Shown here piece by piece: positions 49,463 to 61,946 of a stretch of 64,000 nucleotides of DNA (positions are counted from its first letter, which is position 1; the number at the start of each line of letters is the position of its first letter). This DNA is from Selaginella moellendorffii (taxonomy: Eukaryota; Plantae; Lycopodiophyta). Under the pieces are notes generated by a model. It did not search any database and had not been told where the DNA came from. It was given only the letters and a program-made list of their open reading frames with translations. The stretch covers positions 740,851-804,850 of the forward strand of contig NW_003314269.1 in the NCBI RefSeq assembly GCF_000143415.4, given 5' to 3'. Position numbers and translations under genes: made by a program.

Positions 49463-52400
49463 CTACGATTGTTTAGGCAGTTTGCACTGCCTCAAAAACT
49501 TGGCTGCCTCCTTGTCTTTCCTGTGGCAGAGCACGCGGAGCAAAATCTCTGAGTCGGCGACTTGAGCGGAACTCTTGGCAGGGTTGCTCATTTGTTCGCT
49601 TGCTCGTTTAAAGTTCTCAATTACCGCGTGCGTCTGAAAGAATTAGATTGAAAAGCTGGCCGCAAAAGGATTGAGGTAAAATACCTCAAGTCTGTAGAGA
49701 TTTAGAATTTGATGAACCTGGGAGGCAGCATTATTAACAGTCACTCTTGGAAGGCCGTCACCATCGGCAACAAAGAAATCCTGGAGCGCAAACTGATCGA
49801 ACCGCAGTTGAAAGAAGCATCAATTTACCTTCAGAATATTAAGATCCTGTTCCAGTATTTCTGTGTCAGCTTGAGAAAACGAACGAAACGGACCGCCATC
49901 AAGAAGCACCCACAGAAATCCTTCCTGTATAGTTTCCAACATTAGACAGCCATATATTAAGCTATCACGCGCATACAAGAGATGCTTCCAGGAGTCCAAA
50001 CACTACTTGATCCCGTAAAGGCTCAACAAGAACCTCACACAGCTGACCCAATGCCTGCAAAAAAAGATGAAAGAATCGCTAAGAAGCTGCCAAAAAAAAA
50101 AATGGAAGCTTACCGTGTCAAGTCCATTCACCACTTTTTCGATACGACACTGGCCAACGTTTCCTTTGTATAAAGTATCAACATATGCTTCACGCATGTC
50201 CCAAAAAATAAGCTTGAAGCCTACATACAACATTGTCAGACATGTAGCTAAATACAGATCCTTATTCACCTGTAAATTCGCACGTTTGCTCAAGTACCCA
50301 GGTCACAAACTTCTTAGACGTTTCAAAGCCAGGCAAAATCTCTTCGCTTTGCTTTGACTTTATCTGGCTTCCTGCAAATTTGAAACGTGAACTAGAACCA
50401 ACCATAAAAGTACCACTCATACCACTGGAATACTGTGCCCTCTTTGTTAGCCACTTCTGCTTGATATTTTCTTGTAACAGATTAAGTTGATTCAGTACAA
50501 ACTGTTCGGAAAATGTTAGAAAAGAGTAACCTGGTAAAGTCAGCTTACGTGCAGGGTGTTCAGACGCATGCAAAGCTTAGCTGTTGTAAGCGCGTTCAAT
50601 TCGCTCGAACGCTTCTCGTCTGGCAAATGTGGATCGCTCACCTTCCTCTTAGAGAACACCTTAATAGAGATTTCTTTTTTGTGGCGTGTTAGAGCCGGTG
50701 CTGGAGGTATTAAATCAGCCTTGTCACCTGATTCGAACATATAAGATGCGTCGGTATGCTAAAAAAAAAACAAAAACCAACGCACCGAGTTGCTTGTGTA
50801 GTTTGTCGGAATAAAGTTGCACCGCATTTTCCAAGGCATCTATCAAGTTTTTTATATGGGACGCCCTTATTGGAAACTCTATGCCAAAGAAACTGTCCAC
50901 TACCTATAGACAACATGACAGGATCTGACTTAAAGCCTTGGTGCTTACCTTGTCAATTGCTTTAAAGATGTCTGAGGCAGAACGACCATAGCGCTCTTCT
51001 GGGGATAAAGGTTCCCAATTCTGCACAAGAACTCCAGTTTATTTGATAGACAAAGGGTATACCTCTCACCTCCTCCATGAAAGCACTTTCAACACCATTG
51101 GAGAGCTCTTCAAACTTTGTTGTTATACAGCGCATACTCCAGTTCCCCGGTATTTTATCTAGCTGCAAAAAAGAACATCAGAAGGTTGTACACCTCCAGT
51201 AAGCTAACCTCGTATGGTATCATTTGTGCCTTATATTCGGCAACCTTTCCATCCCCGTTCTCTGCTGAAGTTACCAAGTCCAATAAATATTGTTCCAAGT
51301 TATCCGCTGCATATAGTAGTGAAGTGACTTCATCGTCGGGTGATGTCGACAATCTTTCAAGACAAGGTTTCTGAGCATACACAAGTGATTGGTAAGAATT
51401 TTATCTTCTAAGAAACTTACAAGCTCCTTGAAGTAAGCAGCATGCAATACTGAAGCCGTGACAGCAACCGACAAAGGTCCCCAACGACATAGGAGAGGGG
51501 AAAAGAACGTAATATCGTAATCAGCGAGTTTTTTAGTATCTTCAGCAAGTGATATCAGCCGACCGCAATGGCCTTCTTGTTTTGCAGATTGTGCTAAAAC
51601 CTATAAGCAGCCATTAGTATTCAAATATCGAGTACAGGTCGCTTACGAACCCTTGCATAGGCCTCCTTAATCGATGAAGATATGTAACCCTCGATCAGCT
51701 TTGCAATAACTAACGTATTCGATATTCCTGGAGCTTTCTGCATTTTATGAGCAACAGATTAATTGACATGATCCGAAAGAGGAGTAAACACAATTTACCG
51801 TTTCCTCCTCAGTTAGAAGCCTTGCAGAAGTTACAACAATGGCAAGCACCGCTTCCATTTTTGTACGATCCTAAAATCAAGATTGAGTAAACGTTGAGAG
51901 CACATGCACTTACATGCTGAAAGTACAGATGGTAGTCATTCAACTGCTTGTCAATCCATGACTTAATAGATCCCAGAACAGCTTGGACATATGAAACATC
52001 GAGATTCCCGTGTTTCGTTGTCTTAAGATACGCCCGTTCTGCTACAGTTCTTGGTCGATCAAATGTAATCAGTTTCATTTGACGTTGAGCGTGCTGGAGC
52101 AAGGAAAACTCCCCAGTGACGACGAACTGTTCCATAGCCAAGTTTGTGAATAAACAGACGTATTTCTTAGACATTACCTGTTTGAAAATAACCCACGTAA
52201 AGCATGTATCGTGTACAATCTGATTGAGTCCCAACACTCTCCACGTCGATTTTAGCAGCTCAAGGAGTTCCTCTGCTTCCTACGAAGGGACGTAATACCG
52301 TGAGCCTTCAAACATACATGAGACGCTAACCTCAATAAATTGGCTCGAGTTCACAGGGTCAAATATACCAAACAGTAGCTTTTCGTACAAACGCACATTC

Positions 52401-53747
52401 AAATAGTAACCGTCGGCCCAATGACAGGGTTCTTCAGATTTCCCATTTCTTCCTGAAATTGCGAGATAGACATCCTTAACACGTTTTAACGCGTCGGTTC
52501 GGTCTTTAGCCTAAAATCAGAATTTAAAATCACGCAAAAGAAAAATTAAAAAAAAATCACTTACAGCGGAAGTTTCAACATTAGATATTGAAGCCATCAA
52601 CTCCATAGCAAGATGATCCGATCGATCAAGGTTCCAATGGTAATTGTTCAACACTCCTTCTCTTACAATATTTAGCTGCAAGGAAAAACACTATCAGAGC
52701 AGAAAAACGAGGTTACAAATATTACCAATCTCTTTTGCCAGTTTAGATAGGTAGTCCCGTCTGGAAAAATTTCCCGTTTTGTATTGCATAACAACTCGAG
52801 CGGCACAAGCAAGCTATCAGTTCTTTTGCCCAATCTTCCGCTCGATGCATGAAACAATGCATCTGTTGTCCTTTTGTCATTCTCTTCAGATATCTGTCCA
52901 TACAGACGGTTATCTACAGTAGCGAGCTACAGATAAACGTACCTCAAGTTGCTTTCGCATTATGCTCATCAGACAAGCGAGACCGGAAGCCTTCGATTGA
53001 GGCTTCCATTTTCCAGACCGCGAGACGCTCTCTTCCTTTTTCATCAGCCCACTACACAATATAGAAATCAGAATCTAGCAAACCAAATAAAAGGCCCCAC
53101 CCGGCTGCTCCCACTGATGCTAGCAAAACTTCGTATGCTGTTTCCCGGATATCGTCGTCGGAAAGACCTGGGACAAACTGGGGTGTCAATAAACAACTTG
53201 ACAAAAGTTTCACACACCTGTTTCAAAAGCTGGCAAGCACAAAGCGATCTCATCGGCATTTTTTATTTGTTCCCCTTCTTGGAATTTGAAGGGAGCCTCC
53301 ACCGATGGACAAGATCCCCCATCTGCAATCTCCTCACCCACAGGCGACGTAGATAAAACTGTGTCGTTATTCTGTGAAAGAAAGAGTAATTTTCCAGCAA
53401 GTCGATACGACACGATCTTTTACCTCTTGAGGTGGTGGCGAATTAAATGCAGCTGCTATGTCCATAGTGAGGCCTTGAATGGGATCCAGAGCGTTTACTT
53501 AGTAGATTGAGTAATAATTCGCAAAGCACCATCCTTACCTTTCCGTGCCCGGTCAAGAACATACTTTACATCGATGCTGTCGTAATTTACTCCATCCAGA
53601 GGTGTCACGACGATCTTGCTGTTGATGGCGAGTATGTATTCCAGGAGCTCGCGCCTATCGGAGCGCAATCTCTCGATCTCGCTGGCAATAAAATTCGTCT
53701 AAATCTAAGACATTATCGACAAAATATCCACTGCCATACCTCTCCAT
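49463..53747 (-). CDS. Munc13-like (DUF810/MUN) protein, PATROL1-type, >20 short exons
   Basis: N-terminus MESEIERLRSDRRELLEYIL; LVPLELL, CHWADGYYLNVRLYEKLL, KSTWRVLG, WEPLSP, DLIPPAPALTR, LCMRLNTL, ILLRVLCHRKDKEAAKFL..LPKQS*. Confidence 0.9.
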
Positions 53748-54190
53748 TGCCGGAGTGCTGCTCCTCAAATCATCTCATTCTTGCTCCATCGCCAATGCAG
53801 GTACTCTAGAGCTCGATCCAGGGCGAGGAATCGATGAAGAAGAATCCGCCGGCCGCTGCGATTTCGATATCAAAATGCTGCTGCTGGCATGCTCCATTCA
53901 GCGCTGTGGATGCGGAGCTCGGATCTCTGGAGGATTGGAGAAGAGAAATCCGACCCTAACGCAGCTGATCCAATAGCGCCTTCTAGGCTTAAGCCGGAGA
54001 CGCTCGACGGGATTCCTTCCAATCCTAGCCCTCGTAGCCCAAGGAGAGCCGTCCAGATGGACGGCATCGGCCACTGCGTCGTGAGCCAGAGGTGCCAGGC
54101 TCGATTCGCATGGCGGCATGAAAGCCATGTCCTCTGCGTGATGTAAAAAGGAATCTCACAAGTACACACACAAAACTACTATAGCGAAGA

Positions 54191-55613
54191 ATGGAATCTC
54201 TCCCGGCTTTAAAACCGATCGATCGTTGGATAGATGGTAACCGCAATCCAATGGTGGTGATTCAAAGCTCCGAGCTCGTCACCCCAGCTCTTCCTCTCGA
54301 GCGAAGAACTCTTTATCTCAGCAACATCGATCATCAAGTTTTCTTCCATGTCGAGTGGATCATGGTCTACGATTCGATCGACAATCCCCGCGATTGGATC
54401 GAGAAACTCCGCGAGTGTCTCGCCAAGATCCTCGTTCCGTACTACTTCCTGGCCGGGAGTTTCAAGCTCAATGACGAAAATGGGCGCCTGGAGATCGATT
54501 GCAATGGAGCTGGAGTGGTGTTTACGCGGGCATCAATGGACGCCACCATAGCCCAGCTCCACAATCTCCGTGATCCAGATCCTCTCTTTCGAAAAGAGCT
54601 CATCACACTTCCAAGGAATGTGGAATCCATCCAGGATCTTCCATTGCTCACTCTCCAGGCAAGAAAAGTGATCAAATCTTTCGCTTGATTGCAAAATACC
54701 CTTGTTCTTCGAAAAGGTGACGGAGTTCCAGTGTGGTGGGATCGCTCTGGGAATTTGCGCGAGCCATGTCGCCATGGATGGATTCTCGGCATACAATTTT
54801 CTTCACGACTACACGAAGATTGTGCGCGGCTGCCAGGAGTTCTTCCCCAATCCCTGTCCCGATCGATCGCGCTTGCTTCCTCGATCGCCCCCTCACACCT
54901 CCTACGATCACAAGGAAATGCAGCGGCTCACAGAGATTCCCCCAAAAGTTCTCTTCGATCCACGCTCGTTCTCTCCGGAGCTCGATCACACAAACCTCGC
55001 GTTTAAAGTCCTCGAATTCACGGCCGGGATGATCCAGAGCCTCAAGAACACGGTCCTGGGATCACAATGGATCAAGCGTCCCTCCACGTTCGAGGTCCTA
55101 GCAGCTCACATCTGGCAGGCAAGAACCAAATCGATGGATCATCTTGCTCCAGGCGATCCATCGAAGCTCTTCCTGGTCACGAGCACGCGAGGCAAGCTCG
55201 ATCTTCCGGAGAATTTCTGCGGGAATGCTGTCGTGGGGGCGAGCTGCGTGGATGCCACGGCGGGAGAGATTCGCCGCCAATCTCTCGCGTTTTGCGTCGA
55301 TCGTGTCCGGCGAGCGCTGGCATCTACTGGAACCGAGGATTACATTCGGTCGCAGATAGATTGGTGCGAGCTCCACCGCGGGATGATCGACATTCCGGGA
55401 GGGACGATCATCACGCCGTGGTGGAAAATCCCCTTCCAGGACCTGGATTTCGGCTTTGGGAGGCCCAGCTACGTGACGCCGGTGGTGAATGATCGCGCGG
55501 AGTTCGTGGTGATCGTCTCGAACTGCAAGAACGATGGTGGGCTGGGCGTGTTCTTGGCTATGGAGAAGGAGCGAATGCCATCGCTAGAAGCAAATCTATT
55601 GTCCTGTTTTTAG
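54191..55613 (+). CDS. BAHD acyltransferase (feruloyl/hydroxycinnamoyl transferase-like), exons 54191-54658 and 54717-55613
   Basis: LYLSNID, YYFLAG, HVAMDG (HxxxD), STFEVLAAHIW, FCGNA, DLDFGFGRP (DFGWG); intron at the conserved Q position. Confidence 0.93.
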
Positions 55614-55665
55614 GGTTCTTCAATGTTATAAGGAAATGGTGAGGTTTAGGGTTTGCGTGAAACCA

Positions 55666-56439
55666 ATGAGTGACAGCGAAGGTGCTCCAGAGGAGGTCAC
55701 GATGGTCGAGGTAGGCGCCGCGATCGCATTCTTCCTGCTTCTCACAGATTGCGATTCTAGGGCCGGGATGCCGCGGAGATTGCTCAAAAGCAAGAACGCG
55801 ACACCGAGAAGAGGTACTTCTCTCGTTTTTTTTTTCCTTCATACGAATGCAGTGGGTATCTTTGCTCGCTAGGATAGCGTCCGAGGCGAAATCCAAGAGA
55901 CGCAAGCGGGACGAGCGCAATAGAGAGGCAAAGCTAATGAAATTGGAGAAGAAAGCGAAGAAGCTGGAAGAAATACAAAGGAAAGAAGAAGATCTTATCG
56001 AGAACGATTCCGATCCCGAGGCTGGAGTTTTGGCTATGAAAAACTCGGGCTTCCTCGACGAGAGCGTTGTCCAGTTCCTCATAGACAAGGAGCGGTAAGT
56101 TCTCCCTCATTTCCTTCTTCTTTACATGACTAGCGTTTAAACTCAACAGGAAGGAAGCGACGAATGTATGCGATGCTCAACCGACAGAGTCAAGGCCCAA
56201 GCGAAAGACCAAGAAGAAAGTTGCGAGAATCTCAATCGATGACAGGTTAGAGAGTTTTTATATGGATGAATTTCTGAATAGATTCTTTGAGTTTGCGCAG
56301 AACCAAGCTCGTAGTGCTGAATGACACCCCGTCTCATGCACGGAAAAGCTCAGACTTTCTCAAGCAAAGACTTCAAGGGTCACATATACAACGTTCCAAT
56401 ATCATGCTCAAACCAAAATCTCAGAAAAAAAGGTTTTGA
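55666..56439 (+). CDS. Small charged nucleolar-type protein (NOL7/Bud21-like), 5 exons
   Basis: MSDSEGAPEEVT.. coiled-coil/basic segment ..FLDESVVQFL..SSDFLKQRLQGSHIQRS..KKRF*; GT-AG introns keep the frame. Confidence 0.6.
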
Positions 56440-56669
56440 AAGGAAAGTCTACAAAATCAACTGGTAAGCATCCGCTGGATTTCAAACCACTAGCCAAGCG
56501 CCTGTTTCCAGTCTTCTTAAAATTCGGACAACGTTTAACACCTCTATACTCATCACTCTTTGAATACGTAAGAGCACTGTTTGCAGCTACGGTTCCAGTT
56601 TTATTGTTAAAATCGTTAAGAAGCTCGCAGCCTACACACAAGGTACTTTTATTTGCTCTCGCACAAGTC

Positions 56670-57101
56670 TCAGGACGGGATGTACTCTATAGACAGAGGG
56701 ATTTGAGCGCCTGGCTGCGCGATGGACCTGAAAGTCGACTGGGTGCTGTGAAAAGTATAGCATGCCGAGCATGTCCCGACCACTCTGACCACCGCTCTCA
56801 CTCCAAAGCCACGGTTATAGTCACTGGTGAGATTGTAGCTCCTCAAGCACGCGCTGGAGGGGCCATTGAAAATCGCCTGGCTATTTGCTAGAGCCTGGCC
56901 TCGGCTCCATCCACTTCGAGGACAAGGTGTGTAAGCTGGAACACGCAAACAACATGAGTAAGAAGTGGTGATTCATCAACAGCAGAACTTACTCGATGAG
57001 TTGCTTGCTTGGTAGACACCCAGAGTTCCCCGGGGCCCTTGGCAAGCAGCAAGCTGCGCAAGGAGAAGAATTGCTACGGCCAAAACTAGCGCTCGCTCCA
57101 T
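56670..57101 (-). CDS. Small secreted EG45-like/plant natriuretic peptide-like (DPBB fold) protein, 2 exons
   Basis: MERALVLAVAILLLAQLAACQG signal peptide; TPC..LANSQAIFNG..ACLRSY..VVRVVGTCSAC..TFRSIAQP..LSIEYIPS* follows the EG45/PNP pattern. Confidence 0.7.
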
Positions 57102-57401
57102 AGATGTGAGTGACATAAGTTCGATCGGTTCGGGTTTTAAACACTCCACCGAGAGTTTGAGTCAAACTGTACTAGCACATCAACTTTGAACTTAAGACAA
57201 TGTAGTGTAATAGACATGTCACCTAAGCAGCTCTCAGATAAGAGAAAACTGTTGTCAAAGCATGCAACGTAGAACAAAAAGATCTTCCTGTATTGTCAAG
57301 TAGAACACAGTGCTTCTTGACGATTTTTGTTTCTCTGGAAAGATCACTTGCATTCCTTGATCTACTGAATCCAGTGAGCTAAGATTTAGCAGCGCGGTTA
57401 T

Positions 57402-58574
57402 TTACTTCTTACAGAGATGCAATTGCAAGAGAACATACGGTGCCGAGTCGCTTGGATCCATCCTAAACACCGCATTGGCAGCTCTCACGCCATGACCCAC
57501 GGCTCCATGCATCTTGGCAGCACCCGTGAGCGTCGTCCACGCCAGAGCTCCCGACGGGGCGGGCAAGCTCCCCACCACATCCTCCGCGCCGTCGAGTTCC
57601 CCGACCCGCCCCAGCACATCCACCACGCACGCCCGGTGCTCCACGCGCGGAGTCTCGGCGTGATCCACCACCATGGACGCAAACTGCCGCAAGCTCTCCT
57701 CCACGAGGCCGAGATGGCTGCAAGCGTGGAGAACGCTCATGAAAGTGATCTCGTCCGGCCTCACGCCCTCCACATTCATCCGCTGGGCGAGCTCTAGCGC
57801 GCCGCCGCGAGCTCGCGCCTGGAGCATCGCGTTCCAGGACACGAGGTTCCTGTCCGGCATGGTGTGGAAGAGGAGCTCCGCCGCGGCCACATCCCCAGCC
57901 TGGGCATACACGACGAGCATCGCGGTCCACGCTACGGTATCCCTCTCGGGCATGCTCTCGAAAGCCCACCTCGCCTCGAGGAGATGCCCGGCCTGGGCAT
58001 ACGCCACCACCATCAGCGTCCGTGACACCACGTCCGGGGCGGGCATTTGCCGGAAGAGCTTTTCAGCCTCGCCCAGATAGCCGGACTGGGCATAGGCCGA
58101 GATCATCGTGTTCCATGACACCTCGTTCCTCTCGGGCATCCGATCGAACAGGCCCTGGGCTTCTTCCAGCTGCTTGCTCTGCGCGTAAGCGGCCACCATC
58201 GTCGTCCAGGACACCACGTCTCGCTCCGCCATCTTTTCTTCAAACATGTCCCTCGATTCTTCCAGGCGGCCGTTCTGCGCGTACGCCGCCACCATGATGT
58301 TCCAGGAGAAGACGTTTGGCTGCCGGATGCGCGCGAAGACCTGGGACACCTCCTCTAGCTGCCCAAACTTTCCCAGCGTCTCGACGAGGACGTTGGTGAG
58401 GTAGCGATTCCGTGCCAGGTGGGTTCGCTCGATCTCGGCTCTGAGTAGGCGGCACTCGGACAAGCTCCGGCATGATTTCAGGCGCTTGGCTGCCGCTTGA
58501 ATCTGCTGGAGCCACAGGCTTGTCGGGGATCGCTGCTGGAGTGTGATCGCTTGATCCGAGATGGTCGGCCCCAT
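57402..58574 (-). CDS. PLS-class PPR protein (S-repeat rich) with partial E domain, intronless
   Basis: Repeats MPERNEVSWNTMISAYAQSG; ACSHLGLVEE; HRACVVDVLGRVG; APYVLL*. Confidence 0.92.
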   Translation of the reverse strand: MGPTISDQAITLQQRSPTSLWLQQIQAAAKRLKSCRSLSECRLLRAEIERTHLARNRYLTNVLVETLGKFGQLEEVSQVFARIRQPNVFSWNIMVAAYAQNGRLEESRDMFEEKMAERDVVSWTTMVAAYAQSKQLEEAQGLFDRMPERNEVSWNTMISAYAQSGYLGEAEKLFRQMPAPDVVSRTLMVVAYAQAGHLLEARWAFESMPERDTVAWTAMLVVYAQAGDVAAAELLFHTMPDRNLVSWNAMLQARARGGALELAQRMNVEGVRPDEITFMSVLHACSHLGLVEESLRQFASMVVDHAETPRVEHRACVVDVLGRVGELDGAEDVVGSLPAPSGALAWTTLTGAAKMHGAVGHGVRAANAVFRMDPSDSAPYVLLQLHLCKK

Positions 58575-58627
58575 GCTGTGATCCACTCAATTTTCATGCT
58601 TTAGATTTTCAGGAGACTACGTTGGAC

Positions 58628-58922
58628 CATACTTGCATTCGAATGGGTACGATTAATAAAAAACGCCGTTTAAAACGCGCGTATAATACGGCGTTTAAAA
58701 CGGCGTTTAAACACCAAGAATATTTTAAAAAACCCTAAAGAATATGCTTTCTTTTACTTAGGATTAGGGTTCATGTAAAATCAGGGTTCGAAAAAAACTG
58801 TAAAATTAGGGTTCGAAAAAAACTGAAAACCATTATACCTGTTCGAAAAAAAGCTAAACGGGTATTAAACGTTCGATACCCGTTCGAATCCGGTTGCGTT
58901 CGAATGTTCGGATGCAAGTATG
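58628..58922. mobile_element. hAT-type MITE, 295 bp, 16-bp TIRs, 8-bp TSD CGTTGGAC
   Basis: TIRs CATACTTGCATTCGAA and TTCGGATGCAAGTATG (15/16 complementary); CGTTGGAC at 58620-58627 and 58923-58930; internal TTCGAA repeats. Confidence 0.93.
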
Positions 58923-58969
58923 CGTTGGACACGCTTCAAATACGTCGAGTTTGTTTTTTTTGGAAGATC

Positions 58970-59345
58970 ATGGGCAGAAATTTCTTGCAGTTGCAGCGCA
59001 GAGATGACATGGGAGCAAGTCCCCCCTTTCCCACATCCTGCTTTTCATTCAGCAGGCCCGAAAGATCCTGACGGACAAGTACATGAGATCGGCCATCGAC
59101 TACCTGGAGCTTCATCCATTCTGATCACTGATACGGAAATCCCAGACTCCGTCTCATGTCCAAAGCAATGGAACTGGACCTGGGATGGGGTAAGCCAGCC
59201 AGGGTGGAGTTCCCGCTCGACAAAACAGGAACAGCGCCATCATCTTTTTCCCCGTAGATCCCAATGGTAACTGTACTTTTCAGTCAAACTGAATCTCTAT
59301 TGGCTGTCTTCAAGGAATACATTGCTGTTCTGGAGAAAATAATGC
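58970..59345 (+). pseudogene. BAHD acyltransferase C-terminal pseudogene fragment
   Basis: PLSHILLFIQQARKILTDKYMRSAIDYLELHPF* and, in another frame, ELDLGWGKPARV (DFGWG-like). Confidence 0.75.
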
Positions 59346-61195
59346 AAGTGTGGTTTCTGTGTTTTTATCTGTTGGCAATTGCTTGCAAAGATTGAAGCCC
59401 TTGCACAGCTCAGGATACCCTTGCCAGTGCTGTCAACTGTCAACTCTGAGTGTTTGGATTAGTCAAGATATATCTAATGTGCAGGAGGACGGTTCAAAGT
59501 GGAGTTTAAATCATGAGTTAAACTCACTGTTACAATTGTCATATTTGACTATTTCATTTTTTGACTAATTTTATAGTTATCATATATTTATATCTTATTC
59601 TTTCATTCCAAAGGTTTTTTCTAAGGTTCTTGAGAAGATAGAAAGCAAGGAAAACAAAAAATCTACAAGTAAAAGTTGTAATGCAAAAAAATTGAGAATG
59701 TTAAGTTTGTTTTATTACCATAATTTCTATATTACACTCTTAGTCCTTATTACCCATCTGGGAATATGAAGACTATTGTCATTATTGATAAAATTGCTTC
59801 TATTACTTTTAAAATAACAATTTAATAAAAAAGAAATGAAGAAAATAAATAACACAATAGAGTGGATTTGTCCAACAAATAATTCCTATATAAATTACAA
59901 ATATCATGAAAAGTCTTATAAAGTAGATTTATTGGTGCTACATAAATTTCATATGTTCTTTCCAAGGAGACAATCATTCAATGCTATAGATATTAAGATA
60001 AGTATAATTGGTTGTGAGAGGAATAATATTGTTGAAATAAATGGGGTTATAAAAGAACTTCAATTGCTTAATTATATCTAAATCCTCTCATTTAAGAAGA
60101 ACAATATATATTTTCACAGTGAATGCCCACTAGGATTTTTTGGGAGTTGTTTGTGAATAATAATAATTGAAATTAAAATCTTTTAAAATACTCAAAAGTA
60201 ATTATATAAAAGAATCAAGTCAATTTACATTTCCAAGACTGAAAAATATTCTTGCATAAAAGAATGCTGTAGTGCCAACATACCCTACCACTATAATGTG
60301 GTTTATATTTTTTTGTAGTTTATTTCTCTAAAAAGTTGATATAAGTGTAAAAAAGAATATATACATAGTGGAGTATGTTTTCATCAGAATAATAACCATG
60401 TGTATACATGGTAATCTACAAATTCTTATGTTTACAAACAAACTATGATTATAAAGCCCCTATTTTCAAGACTGACATTTAAAAAATTTGAGTATTGTCA
60501 ATGTCATAATAAATGCACCTCATTCCCAAAACTAAAACTTAATATATAAACTACCAAGAAAAGTTATAGTTGTCATAGTTTTTTTGTTGAGCTTTTTGTA
60601 AAGTTGAAAATTTAATATAAGAATGGCTTAAAGGAAAGTCATCACTACTCATACTTAGCTCTTCAGCATTTTATATCAATCTCCACCTCCATCCCTAAGT
60701 TTTATCAACATTCCACTTTTACCTCCACATAATAATCTTATTTTGTTCAGGGCTTTAGTGAAGCTAAACTAGAGCTCTATATATATGAAATTCTAGATCT
60801 TCTTATTAGAAAGGGATTACTTCTAGTGCTTCAAGAGCAGTGCCATATATTTCTATGAGATCTTGCTCATGACATGGTGGGACTGTTTCAAGCATAAAAC
60901 ACTATTATATTGGTGTATAATATGCTACTTTTTATTAGACAAAATAAATGGCTCTATAGGTTTACAAACTTTTCTTGAGTGCTATAGCAATAACTTAATG
61001 GCAGGTCTAGAAAATGTGCATGTGTGGATGTATAATAAATTCAAAAACAAGTTACAGATATATACCTAACACCACTTCATGGTGAAGAATAACATCCACT
61101 TGGAAAATACTGCATCAACTAGTGCAGAATATAGGGTTTTAGGCTACCCTATAGTGCAATATAAAATCTAGAATTGTTTTATTATACTATAGTAT

Positions 61196-61199
<4 letters not shown>

Positions 61200-61265
<66 letters not shown>
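61200..61265. repeat. (AT)n microsatellite
   Basis: About 33 AT units. Confidence 0.98.
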
Positions 61266-61271
<6 letters not shown>

Positions 61272-61946
61272 ATCTTGTTCTAGAGTGGAATATCATTTAT
61301 AAAGTGATCACCACAAAAAAAGTATTAGAAGTGTCATATTCGGTTTAGGAATGATTTGAAATCAGAAAATGTGTAGGCTCTTTTGCCAACTTTTAGATCA
61401 ATGCAATAGTCATTTTGGTTTAGTGGGAACTAATGAACTAATGAACACATTAAGAATTTGATTTAAAGTGACCAATATGCCTTTTGTCTTGGGTCAAGAA
61501 TTCATTTTTATGGGCTTGAATAATTTTCTTGAGCACTATTGCAATTGCCACACAAACAGTGTTATCTCTTCATATATAATTATTTATAAGATGTTGAAAA
61601 ACAAAATGGCAATACACAAGTGCTATATAGTGATGGTGGCAGGTGAGAATAATAATCTGCAATTATGATATCCAACACTGATATTATCATAAACATCTGA
61701 TATATGATAGTCTTTTCATTTCATGTAAAGATGCATTTAACTTTCTTTTGCCTCATCATCAACATATTAATTCCTTCTACACTTCCTTCTATATAAATAT
61801 TGTGGGGAAAATTCATTTTGCATTTGTTGAGTTATGCCTTTTACATAGTCAGGAAGACTTCCAAAGCTTCAAATTCTAGAAACTTTAAAGTGATTGTGAT
61901 CCTTAAAAAAGACTTAAACATGTATTGAAATCTTAATAAACATAAT

